From: Ginglymostoma cirratum
Lineage: Eukaryota
NCBI GenBank assembly: GCA_024137785.1
Contig: JAHRHZ010000004.1
Location: forward strand, 24,121,205-24,185,204
Length of the DNA: 64,000 nt
Direction of reading: 5' to 3'
Positions 24,310 to 37,165 of this stretch are shown in pieces. The notes under the pieces are model-generated. The model was not told the DNA's origin and made no database searches. It saw only the letters and a program-made list of their open reading frames with translations. Made by a program: the position numbers and the translations under genes. Each line of letters starts with the position of its first letter. Within the stretch, counting starts at the first letter, position 1.

Positions 24310-25940
24310 ATCTGAAGAGTCATTAGGATCACATTAGATGAATTGACAGCACAAATAGAAATCAATGGTTATAACTTGGTAGCAATTATGGAGATATGAT
24401 TACATGGTGTCCACAACTGGGAACTCAATATTCCACAGTATTCTGGAAGAATAAGCAAAAAGGAAAAAGGGAGGTGAGGTTGCTTTGTTAAACAAGGTTT
24501 AAAACAATGTGGTGCTGAGTCAATAGATGCAATAGACCATGATGTGATATCAATTTTAATGGAAATAAGGAAAGAAATCATGGTTGGGAGTCATCTATAG
24601 GTGTGTGAAGGTTTGCCGCACTGTAGGACAAAGACTAAATCCAGAAATAGCGGAAGTGTGCAAGAAGGGCATTACAATTGTCATGGCTGATCTTAAGCTG
24701 CATATTGATAGTACAACTCACACAGACAAGGCAAACTTGTACAGTGCATCAGGGCATGTTTCTTAGGGCGGTATGTTGCACAACCAACCCAGAAGCATGC
24801 TACTAATTACGTAAGGTTAATGAGAGATCTATAGTTAGGCGTCCTTTAGGAGTTTGTGGTCACAACATGGTAGAATTTTGAATTCAGTTTGAAATAAGAA
24901 CAACACAGATCTCAAACCGGTGTCCTCAACTTACATGAGGCAATTACAGCGGTATGAAGAAAGTGTTGTTGAAAGTGGCCTAGGAAAATAAAGCAAGGGA
25001 AAAAGTCAGTCAATGAGCAATGGCAAACAGATATTTCAAAATGGTCAGCAAAAATTTACTCCAGTCAAAAAAGAGGACTTGATGAGAAGGATGAACTGCC
25101 CATGGTTAATAAAAGTGATCAAGGAGAGTACATAATCAAAAACTAACACTAAGTAGTGAAAATTATCGGTGCGCTAGAAGTTTGAGTTTTTGTTTTTAGG
25201 AACCAGCATTAGATGACTAAAAAGCTAGGAAGGAGCTAGAACTTTAATTATGGAAGTAATAGGCATAAAATACAAAAACAAACAACAAGAGCTTCTATGA
25301 GTTTATAAAAGAGTAAGTGTGGGACCCTTGGAGAATGCAATTGGGAATTTTAAAACAAGGAGCAGCAAACCTACAGCCTATTTAGATTAATATTTTACAT
25401 TGGTCTTCATGGTAGAGGAAACTAAAAATCCAAAGTGCTAATGGGGGGGAAGATCTTGTAAAAGTCTCTCACACGAGGGACAAGGTATGTGACAAACTAA
25501 TGGGATTAAATGCAAACAAGTTGCCAGGACCTGATGACCTGTATGAGTGTTTTAAAGAAGGTGGCTATAGAGATAGTGAAGGCATGGGTCAAAATATTCC
25601 AGAGTTTTCTGAATTCCAGGATGAAGCAAACCATTTGGAAAACCACTAACCTGACACTCCTGTTCAAGAAAGGAGGGGGACAGAAAGCAGGAAATAATAG
25701 GCCAGTGAGCCTTACATCTGTCACTGGGAAAATGCTAGAGTCCATTATTAAGGACAAAATAGCAGGACATTTCAACAAACTTAATGCAATCAACAGAGTT
25801 AACATGGCTTTGTGAAAGAGAAATCGTGTTTAACAAAATTTCTAGAGGTCTTTGAGTATATAACAAGCAGAGTTGATAAAAAGGGAACAAGTAGGTATAA
25901 TGCATTTGAATTTCCAGAAGACATTCAACAAGGAGTTTAG
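24310..25940 (+). mobile_element. Degenerate CR1 ORF2 (APE endonuclease to RT start)
   Basis: LDELTAQIEINGYNLVAIME (APE start), and LLFKKGGGQKAGNNRPVSLTSVTGKMLESIIKD. Confidence 0.85.
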
Positions 25941-26343
25941 GCAAAGGATTGAACAGTCACTATGTTATGGAAAGGTAGGGCAGACTTGAGGAGCCAAATA
26001 GCTCATTCCTACTCTTTTGTTCTTGCATTCTGTCCCTTCTTCTAAGCTCAATACCAACCTTGTGTCAAATCCTCAGGCCTCTCAACACTTGCATTGACAT
26101 GAGAAAGAACGTTAGAATGGGTTGGATCCTTGTTTATGAGCATACCACTGGAGATGAGTGTGGTTAGCGCTGATTAAATTTTTATTTGTTTCTGCATGTG
26201 GACAAAGGGAAGGAGCCACTGCCCACACCACATAAAGTGAGCTATGCCAGTCAAGCCTGCTACATTCCACACACTTGCCATTCCTTATAGTTCTCTAACT
26301 TGGAAATCCAAGTTATCAAGCATTGAACCGTGAAATCATGTTC

Positions 26344-26946
26344 ATAGATCATTGAATCCTTACAATGTGGAAACGGGCCCTTCAGCCCATCAAGTCCACA
26401 CCGACCCTCAAAGCGGCCCACCCAGACCTATCACCCTATAACCTACCCATCCCTGAACACTACAGACAATTTAGTATGGCCAATCCACCTAGACTGCACA
26501 TCTTTGGACTGTGGGAGGAAACTGGAGTACCTGGAGGAAACCCACACAGACATGGGGAGAGCGTGTAAACTTCACACAGATAGTCACATGAGGGTGAAAT
26601 TGGACCCAGGTTCCAAGTGCTGTGAGGCAACAGTGCTAACCACTGAGCCTCTGTGCCACCTCAATATTTAAGGTGGTATTGTAGAATCCCTACAATGTAG
26701 AAGCAGGTCATTCAGCCCATCAAGTACACACTGACCCTCTCAAGGGCATCCCACTCTGACCCACCCCCAAGCCTGATCCTTTCCTATGGCCAAACCACTG
26801 ATTCTGCAAATCCTTGGACTATGGGAGGAAACCCACGCAGACATGGGAAGAATGTGCAAACTCCACATAGACAGTCACCCAAAGGTGGAATTGAACCCAG
26901 GTCCCTGGCACTGTGAGGCAGCAGTGTTAACCACTGAGCCACTGTG
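26344..26946 (-). mobile_element. Two tandem HE1 SINEs (26344-26660 and 26682-26946)
   Basis: Reverse complements of the 11278 element, head to tail. Confidence 0.8.
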
Positions 26947-29900
26947 ATGTTCAGGACCTTCACATCATGCTGGCAAACAGAACTCTGGCCTCCCTATGGC
27001 CTTTTAGCCTGTACTAACTCACCAAACAGAAAGTACATCTGACGACTATCCTGCAAAGGTTGCCAAACCAACAAAGCTGCTTCTGCGTGATGACTGCCAG
27101 CATGTTTGGGAGATTTACTTTTGTGAGGAGTCCCGCATTCATGGTTTTGTCTTTCCATGAGGTGTGCAGAATCAGTCTGGGTCCACAGTTGACACCATTT
27201 GATGATTGACGCCAACCCGAAAATTTCAAATAAAAATACGGACCCCGTACCATAAGACATAGGAGCAGAACCAGACCACCCAGCCCATTGAATCCGCCCC
27301 ACCACTCATCAATGTCACGGTGAACCCAACAATCCTCGAATCCAACCCCTCCAGCCCCTCCCCACAACTCTCAGCCGGGATAGATACACAGGGCCACAGC
27401 CCACCGTCAGATGCCAAGCGTGCATCAAGGTGTCGTGACCGACCATTTTAGCATGAACCAACAATGCCCCTCCACTAGAAACTCAGCTAAAAGTATTCAA
27501 TTTGGAATAAGTGCCGTAACTTCATTTTCATTGATGAATTTTATGAAACAGAATTTTACATATGATACGATTCCTGCAGGCACTGAACCGTATCACTGTA
27601 GGGTACAGCTTATTTGTGAAAGTGATCCTCAAAGAAATGGGTTGTGTTCAGGGCCTTTGATAAAACATTAACAAGTAGCAACAGCCTAGGGTGTAAATAG
27701 GAAACTCCTGACATTCGTAGTCTGTTCTCTGTAATAGGCACAGGAACTAGATATTGGTTGTAGCTTTCACTAAAGAATAAATTCAAAAAATTTCTTTAGT
27801 CCAAGGTGGATGGTTTCAACGGTATAATTTCAGCCTTGCTGGAGTAGACAATAAATGAAACATAAACATGACTAACTGTATTAGGCACAACGGTCTAGTC
27901 ATTATATTACTGTACTAATAATCCAAAAAAAGGAATACATCCCCAAAGGAGCAGTTTGAGAATATGAGTTCTTTCTTCTGAAAAGAAAGCTTGGAAATAA
28001 GAAAGCTGTTGTAAACATGTTTATTATAGAAAACTCAAAAAGTTCATAACATCCTTTACATCCATTTTACTTCATCATTCTTAAGATCCTCATCAGGATT
28101 TTATTTAAATTGTCATTGGGATTTTGGGAGAGGTCCAATTCCTTTGGAGTATTACTCCATCAGATTGTGCATGGGATGGGAGTATCACTGGCCAGCATGT
28201 GTTGCTCATCCTTAATACAACAGACTGGCTTGCTTGGCCAATTCAGAGGGCAGCTGAGTGTTGGGCACATTACTTTGTGTCTGAACTTAGATTTAGGCCA
28301 GTCCAGTAGAGGGTGACAGATAATCTTCCCTTAAGGGCATTTGCAAACCAGATGAGTTCTGACAACAATCCAGAGATTTTATGGTTAGCACTACTATGCT
28401 ATGGTAGGATGTGAGCTCACATCTCCAGAGCATTGTTCCAGGACACTGTTGGATAAGATAATGGCTCTAAAGCTCTAATGTTCAAGTTGCATAGGGTCTT
28501 TGAGTGGACACTGGGAGTTTACCCTAGACTATCTAGTGAACAGGTGTATTGAGTACCGCTCCCAGTAATTATATGAATTTATACATGACTAGCTGTTGTG
28601 CTCACTGCTATTATGCAATTAATTAAGTCAAACGCCTTTTCTGTTCAGACTTATCAGTTGCGTGTCGTCTATCAAGCAGTACAGACAAAGGATGATTGTT
28701 GGTGGCAAACTAATTCAAACAGTCCTTTCCCTGAGAGTCATGTTGGCAGCGGTGGCAGATGTCACAATTTGCAAGCAGTGTTAATCAGGGCAAATACTAC
28801 AGACACTGATCGAGTAATATCACTATATTCCACCATTTCCTTTCGAGGTTTTGTTTTCCATGCCTCTCATGGCCTTGCTGAGAACCAAGAGAAAGTTGAG
28901 TGGTCGGCAGTGGAAGGAATGTGCAGCTTCTGTCCGTAACAGCAATGAATATTATAAGAACAGCCACATAGAGGAGTCTCGACTTCTCGGCTTTATAATG
29001 GGCTGCGTTTCAACTCAGATCAAGAGATGACAGACTGTGCTTTCTATCAGTATGCACCACTCGGTCTTCCCTCAAAGACAGGTGATTTTCATCTTCTCCA
29101 TCTGGCTTGGATTTGAGCTCAAAGCTCAGCATCGAGCAGGCAGAATTTAAAGCCTGCTGTGCAGCTCAGTCTATCAAAGGCAGATTTTATCTGCTCAGTC
29201 GAGTTTGGATTTCAATCCGGCTGTCAGAACCGTGCGATAATACCCTACATTGGTCCATGTCTGTCACAGACAGGAGATTGGTCTGGGCACCATTTCAAAT
29301 GCAAGCATCTTGAGTAGAAAGATAATGTTTTACCTCTAATACAGAATACATCTCAGTCCTGGTCAGAAATAGCCTTATTGTCCTATCCATCTAGTTCTGA
29401 ACTTAAGGGATGAATGATGAAGCCCCAACTACGCATTATCACACAGCAACAGGAAGTTTTCACTCACTTTTGCCTCTTGGGACCGAATCACAGGTGAAGG
29501 CAAAGCAGTGAGCCATTTAACCATCTTCCCTCCCAACTAATCTGAGCTTCGGGTGCGTGGGACAGCTTTAGAGATAGTTCCCAGGGAATAAAATATGCTG
29601 TTATGAAACACAGCTGAACCACCTACATGATTCTTTTATCAGAAAAATATCTTTACATAAATGAATTTCTCTCAAGCACTATTGTTGAATATTAACAAGT
29701 AATATTTGTCTAATGTTTGGATTCAAAAGAATGTACTTTTTTAAAAAACAAGCCATTTAGCAAAACAGACTGGAATTTATACAATTAATTATTATGACTC
29801 TGAAACACTCACTTCACCTCAATTCACTTTGAAGTGTGAGTGTTGTTCTGAAAGTGATTCGGGCAGCCAGTTTGTGCACAGTGAAGTCTGACACAAACAA

Positions 29901-29997
29901 CAGTCAGCCAAACAACCAGTAAATGTTTTTGCAATGTTCATTGAGGGAACACTGTTGACCAGGTCATTGGGAGAACTCTCTGCCTTTCCTGAAATAA

Positions 29998-30330
29998 TTG
30001 AATCTCTACAGTGTGGAGGCAGGCCATTCAGCCCATCAAGTCCACAGCGACCCTCCAAACAGCATCTCACCTAGACCCAGCCCCCTCCCCTATCTCTGTA
30101 ACCCTGGATTTCCCGTGGCTAATCCACCTAGTTTATACATTCCTAGACACTGTGGGCAATTTAGTGTGCTTATCTTTGGACAATGGGAGGAAACCAGAGC
30201 ACCCGGAGGACACCCATGCAGACACAGGGAGAATGTGCAAACTCCACTTGGATAGTTACCCAAGGCTGGAATCACACCCAGGTCCCTGGTGCTGTGAGGC
30301 AGCAGTGCTAACCACTCAGCCACCATGCCA
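29998..30330 (-). mobile_element. HE1 SINE
   Basis: Reverse complement of the 11278 element. Confidence 0.8.
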
Positions 30331-30559
30331 TCCCGAACATACTATAATATACCTCCAGAAGAGGTGGGATTTGAACCCAGACCTGCTTGGTCCTGAGGTT
30401 GAGAAACTACCACTGTGCCACAAGAACCTCCTCAAATATTATGATATTTGATCGAGTCAATTGGAAGAGTAACTTCCCTTAAGGATGAATTGGGTATCTT
30501 CTCTAATGTTAGTAGTTCTACCACATTAACATCTTGGTATGAGTTGCCGTTTGACTTTT

Positions 30560-31300
30560 TGCTGCTCAGAAGCCATGTCGTGCCTCTGCACATGTTCCAG
30601 AAGTGAACTATAGATATAGAGGTACAATATTATTTTGCCATACATGCATCGTCCTTTTAACTGTGAGACCTTTATGTGCCACATTGCTGAATCAGACTTA
30701 GTATCTGCTGCCTGCCTCACTCTTTGCATTGGCTTGTCATGTGTGGCTGTAGAGCGTTTATACCTTTTAAAGTGCATAGATTCTGTTGCCCTTCTCTGAT
30801 AAAATTTGTCCTCCCTGTCAGGATATGTCAGCGATTCTTCCCGGTTTCTGCGTCCAGCAAAATTTGAATAGTTTTCTCCAAAGTAAAATCTCCTTTGGAC
30901 TAAAATAAATTTGACAAAGACTGATCAATAATTCCAAAACAATTCTGTCCCTTATAAATTCTGATTTCATAGCTCCATAGTTGGTTTTCCATATTGCTAT
31001 CAAGATCGACACTGAAATTGCCTACACATTCCTCCTGATGTTGAGCTCTTCTGTTAAATCTTGCTCCTTCAAGAATTCAATTTATTCTCTGATTAAAGCA
31101 ATTCTGAAAAGCTTGTGGAACTTTTTCAAAAGCATCTGTGCTTTCTTTTATATTTTGGCAATTTATAGCTTTATCTGTTGTAGGGCCTATTGAATATAGC
31201 AGTGTATTTGTTCATCAGATTTAGTCTTTAAGTTTGATGCAATTCTATACCTGTAGACTGTATTATTCAAGTATTATCCAATCCTGTGTTCTATTTAGCC
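30560..31300 (-). pseudogene. Decayed Gypsy (Mag-type) LTR-retrotransposon gag
   Basis: Across stops and frameshifts: YRIASNLKTKSDEQ..LLYSIGP..ILEGARFNRRAQHQEECV..NYGAMKSEFIRDRIVL..DFTLEKTIQI, then remnants of two zinc knuckles (QCG..H..C..C..HFWNMCR). Confidence 0.75.
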
Positions 31301-33169
31301 CCTTTCTGATGATAAGCCTTGCAGGTAGCATTATTTCCCCTGCTCTATCTTCTTAATGTGACTATTAATTCTTCTTAATTCAAAGCTGTTGAATTTTGCA
31401 ACCTTGCAATGTTGCTGCATTCTCTTTTTATGGAATAGTAATGCTTGGTTACTTCTTTTAGAACCTTTAATTCCATTAACTACTAATGGTATATAACTGA
31501 ACTGCTTAAAGGCAGTTTTCCTATGTTTGCAATCAAATTGGAGGTTTCCTGCCTTTTCTGTTGGCAAAATGGATGATTTTCCACCTTTTAAAGCCTAATA
31601 TATGTTGTTATTCTTTTTCAAGACTTTTCAATTTAAGCTTTATATACGTTGCCTCGATAAATGCTTCTCAACAGAGCCACAGTTTATATTATAGATCTTC
31701 TGTTCTTAACATTGCCTCTGACATTTTCAATCTTCTTCTGTTTGACTCTATTTGTCTTAGTTTTCAAATTGTCTCTTTTGTCACCTTAATCCTTCTTCAC
31801 AACTTTTTCAGTGCTGTGACTTCCGTATAAAATAATTCTATCACCTTGATTTCTGTGCCTTATGTTGTCCACTCACGAGAGTGGCAACATTTAATTGTGA
31901 GCTGTAAGGACTGCTTTATCTACATCAGACCATCTCAAACAATTTTTTTTCAGATTGTTGATGTAACACTTTTCCCTTTGCCCAACTGGGATTGTTAATT
32001 CTGCTTACAGAACTCTGAGATATTTGCTCACTAGTTGAATCTCTAACTTGAAATTCAGCTACGCACCCTCGCTTCCTGATAGAATCAGTAGCTGCCAGTG
32101 TGACTAGCCTTTCAGCTAATTCTATCCTAAAATGTTTCTTCTGCACTTCCTACTGAATCTGAAGTAAAGGCTTTAGTATGGATCACTGCTTCTCCCTTGT
32201 TGGTCTTTTAACAAGTTCTATTGACTGCTTGTTTGTTCAAGTGCTTGCAGTTGTTGAAGGTCTGTATAAGTAATTCTTGAAGTAGTTAAGTCTTTAAATC
32301 TGTAAACACACTAGGAATACTGGAATTTTCTTCTCATGGGGGTCCAGTGGATTTTTTCATTGTTGTGATATTGATCAGTTATGCCCATCACTGATCACCA
32401 TGTGTTATTTGCAGGGAGATGGATGCTGGCACTATTCCCTTTTCCTTGACTGGGTCTAAAGGGCTATTCGGTTTCCAGCGGAACAAGAATAATCACACAC
32501 AGAGTTACAGATGTACAGCATGGAAACAGACCCTTCGTTCTGACTCATCCTTGCCAACCAGATATCCTAAATTTGACAGTATTTGGCCCATATCCTTCTA
32601 AATACTTTCTATTCATATACCCATCCACTCGTGAACACGCTTTTGTCTCAAACAAGATGTACTTCATTGCAATGAAAGCAATTAGCTACAAGTTACATTA
32701 GCTAGTTGGATATTCTTAATAAAGCAGTCAGGAGGCAAAGATGGCACATCCATCCTTTTCTCCCCATTTGCTATGATCAGATTGGGTGTAGCTTAACACA
32801 ATCTCCAATATTAACCACTTCTACAACAAATCTAGGTTATACTTTCAAGTTCTGAAGTGAGGCTTTCAATGATAGTATGATTTTCCTTTGGAAAACAGAG
32901 CGTGTCTTTCATTAGTTATGTCAGGGGGCTTTCTGAAGCTCTGTCAACATTTGGATGTGCATTGTTCAAGTGTGAATGTCACTAGAAGAGGAACTGTACT
33001 TTGAATCTAACACGTACTGACACAAGGGCACCAAACGTACTCTGACAGGTTCCTGTCTAAATGATCACAGGTATCTGATGGCATGGCTAAAATAAAAGGG
33101 TAAACAAGATACTCATTAAATCTAAAATTTCTTGCTGGCCATTTCAAGGGGCTGAGATTTACCTCAAAT

Positions 33170-33745
33170 TAGAGTCATTGACATGTACAGCATGGAAACA
33201 GACTCTTCAGTCCAACTTGTCCATGCCAAACAGATATCTCAAATTAATCCAGTCTCATTTGCTAGCATTTGCCCCATATCCCTCTAAACCACTTCTTTCA
33301 TGTACCCATCCAGATGCCTTTTAAATGTTGTACTTGTACCAGCCTCTACCACCTCCTCTGGCAGCTCATTCTATACATGCACCTCCCTCTGCATGAAAAA
33401 GTTGCCCCTTTTAGATCCCTTTTAAATCTTCAGCCTCTCATCTTAAACCTATGCCCTCTGGTCTTGGACTCCCCTACCCTGGAGAAAAGACCTTGTCTAT
33501 TTACCATATCCACGCCCCTCATGATTTCATAAACTTCTATAAAGTAACCCCACAGCCTTCAACGCACCAGGGACAATAATCCGAGCCTATTCAGCCTCTC
33601 CCTATATCTCAAACCCAACAACCCTGGCAACATCCTTGTATATCTTTTCTGAATCCTTTCAAGTTTCACATCATCTTTCCTACAGCAGGGAAATCAGAAT
33701 TGAACACAGTATTCCAAAAGTTGCCTCACCAATGTCCTATACTTG
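33170..33745 (-). mobile_element. CR1 3' fragment (a shorter one at about 32480-32630)
   Basis: Same 3' sequence as the 5008 copy. Confidence 0.8.
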
Positions 33746-36700
33746 CCATTTACAAAGCCACGATATGGTTCAGGGGGAGTGCGGAAGACAGGAGTCTTCG
33801 CACAGTCGTTTTCCACTTTCCTGCATCAAGAAAAGCAGACAGACGACAGAGTTTCAAGCAGTTAATGGGACAGACAGGTGCCTAAGATGAGCCTAGTGGT
33901 GTGAATAGCAACATTAACCATGTTTCATCTCATTAACCCTCACAGCCTCTGGTAGAACAAACCCGGATGAGTGGCTGTGGACATAATTGTGGTGTACCTG
34001 TCTGGATCACAACCTAGGTATTTATGGAAACTGATAAAGTATAATCACTGTTGTAGGAATCACAGCAACCAATTTGCAAACAGCAAGTTCCCACCAACAC
34101 TGGCCAGATAGTCTCTCTTGCAGTGATATTATTTAAGAGAGTAAATGTTAATCGACACACAAGATAAAGCTCCATGTTCTTCCTTTATCACTGCATCTTT
34201 TCACAGTGCAGTACACCCTCAATGATGTGTCAGCCTGCATATTCTGCTCACGGCTTTGGTGTGGGACTCGAACCTACAGCCTTCAGATTCAGAAGCAAAA
34301 GTCCTACCACCTGAACCACAACTGACACTGATCAGTTACACAGTTGTTTAGCATCACATCAATGGATGCAGGCTGGTAGCACCACCATAAAGACCCACTG
34401 TTCTTTTTATCTCCACAAGCAAAAATGGGTGCCCACCTCTTGCAGAAATATGGCTTCCCTTTAACTGTGCTCATACAGAACACCGGGGATTAATGGGTGG
34501 GCTACACACCAGGAGCAGAAAGATCCCATTGTTTAATCATCTGCGTTGTGCTGAGTTAATGTATCTTAGCTCAGCAAGAGGTGACCACAGGATTTCTGGC
34601 CAAGGGATGTCAAACAGAACAACAGCAGCCAAGATTCCAGCTTCTTTGCTTTCCACTGACTGCTGCTGGAGGGTCAGTGTGAATTTGACATGAGGGCTTC
34701 AAATATTTTTAAGGCAGATTTTTGATTACGAAGGAGTTGAAAGATTATTGGCAGCAAGCAGGAATGTAGAGTTGAGGTTAAAGTCAGGCCATGAGCTTAT
34801 TCAATGGCAGTGCAGGCGCAAAGGGCTGAATGGCCTTCTCTTTTTTCTTGTTTGTATGTCTGATGGTAAGTTTGTCAGTTTTTATGTCCAGATTGGAGTT
34901 ACAGGTTGAGATTACCTGTCATCTCTCACACAAGACAAAATGGCCAGTTGAAGTAAGGTATTGGAGGGATCGGCAATCTGATATCTATCAGCTGTGTGAT
35001 AACAAAAGTAAATGGAAGAAAAGCATGCAGGAGAGGAGCTCAAATACTTCTTATTTCAATTCCCGATTTCAACTTAAATGATAGCTTTTCCGAGAATAAA
35101 ATGCGCAGCTTTGTCCATTTATCATGATGCATCATGAATATTACATGGGTTTTGTTCTTGCTGTTTCTGTTCTGGCTACCATTCTGCATGACAAACCTTA
35201 GCCTCTCACTGATGCTTTCTGAAGAGAGTAAATCCATCACTCCCTGAAAGTAAAGAGGAGAACCAGGCACCGACTCAGCAGTTACATCCAACCTTCAACA
35301 CTGCCTTCTCTCAGGTTAAGAGAAAGAGAAGGTCAGGTAAGGTGGACGGGTGTGAGGATGGGGGAGGGGTGTTGGAAGAGGGGGAACTCTCTTGCCAGCT
35401 CACAACATGAAGTTGGCACACACCTGGCAGCATTGCTCTGGACTTTTGCTACCAGAAAGATTCCACCATGGTGCCAATGTCCATGTCTGCCAATTAAGTT
35501 TTCCTGGGCAAGATTTCCCTCCCTACTTTTATTGTAAATTTGAACATTTTTCCTTTTAGCACACTTGACTCGATTTTTTTATACCAAAGGTGGCAGGCAC
35601 ACAGTTTTCTGCCAACACCTCATGAAAAGAAATATTGGGTTTGACAATACCTTTTCTAGCATGAAGGTGAGTTGGGGCCATGGTTGCATTTGGAGCTAGG
35701 CTGGTTCAGCTCAAGTAGCTCTCAAGTACCCATTCAATAGCACTGAAGACTAGCTCCCCATGTTAACTCTGCACCTTTCAATCCTATCTCCTATTTCTCC
35801 TTACTGCCTTCCATTTGTTTAAGCTAGTTTTGACGTTCCTGCGGCAGATTTGTATTGAAGGTGCTCTCTTGCTTGGAGGAAGGGAAAGGAAGAGCAGACC
35901 TTCCATATCCCTGCTATTTTGATAACAAGGAAGCAATACCAAAGCCAAATATCTTTGGTCACAAATCACATCCTATGTGAAACATCAAGCACAGCCTCAC
36001 AGCTCAAAGTGAGAGTCCTGTCATAATCATACCTTTGATTCTGCCGTCTGAGACTAACCAGATCTGTAACAAAACACATCGAACAACAAAGTTGGCAATC
36101 ATTCTGAATTCAGTCCTATGACACTAACTCTGTCATTATGAAGTAATTAAAAAGAATCAGACAGGCAGGAGTTTAACTCAACCCCAATGCACGGAAGGAT
36201 AACAATCAATCAAATAGCAAGCTATTTAGAGGAGAAGAAATGTGTGATGAAGAGTACAGTTTGTCTAAAGTATCCCTCCACCATCTCGCTAAATAACGTA
36301 TAAAAATGGATTCTCGTTTGCAAACCATTGAATTTGTTGGCTGTACATCTGTCAGCCACTTTCCAGTTCTTCCTCCCAAGTGTCTTACCAAAAGTTGAAG
36401 AAGTGTCTACCTCGTCATTGTTAATTTAATTGGAGAAGTAGCTAAACTTCAATGTGGGATACATTAAAAAAGACACCCACTTCAACAACATTCAACTTGT
36501 TGTGTTATAGCAAATGGTGTTCTTGGGTTGTAAGTGGCCAAAAATGTATTTGCAAGAAAATAGTCCCTTTAAATTAGCCATAAGCTGTCAATTTCAGCTC
36601 AAATATGCCTAACATCAGAGATGGTAATGTGTGTCTGGGACAGTAGAGGGTGCTCTTTCGAGCTAGGAGTGAAGGAGCCCTGACAAAGCCATGAAAGGGA

Positions 36701-36919
36701 TTTGTGCTTAACTTCAGTTCAATTGGAAAGAAGTAAAGACTTGCATTTCTTGATCTTGAGATGCCCCATCTTGCTTCACAGTCAATTAGGCACCTTCAAA
36801 GTGTGGCCAGTATTCTAAAGTAGCGTAAGATGGTAGTTAATCTACACAAGTTCCCACAAACAACGAGTTCAATGGACAGATAATCTGTTTACTTAGTGAT
36901 GTTTGTGAAACTAGCTAGG

Positions 36920-37165
36920 ACACTAAGTGGCAACTTTTTCACGCAGAGGGTGGTGCTTGTATGGAATGAATTGCCAGAGGAAGTAATGGACGTGAATACA
37001 ATTACAAAATTTAAAAGGCATCTGGATGGGTATAGGAATAGGAAGGAGTTTAGAGGAATAAATGCTGGCAAATGGGACCAGATTAATGTAGGATATCCGG
37101 TTGGCATGGACGAGTTGGATCGAAAAGTCTGTTTCCGTGCTGTACATCTCTATGATTCTATAACT
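36920..37165 (+). mobile_element. CR1 3' end nested in a Deu-domain SINE
   Basis: GNFFTQRVVLVWNELPEEVMD..FKRHLDGY and tail tctatgattctat. Confidence 0.8.

Noticed and set aside
31925-32146. ORF with HFRIE..LVTL resembling a retroelement RNase H motif (would imply pol before gag)
   Set aside because: Lacks the TDH.PL core and other pol motifs; the resemblance is too weak.
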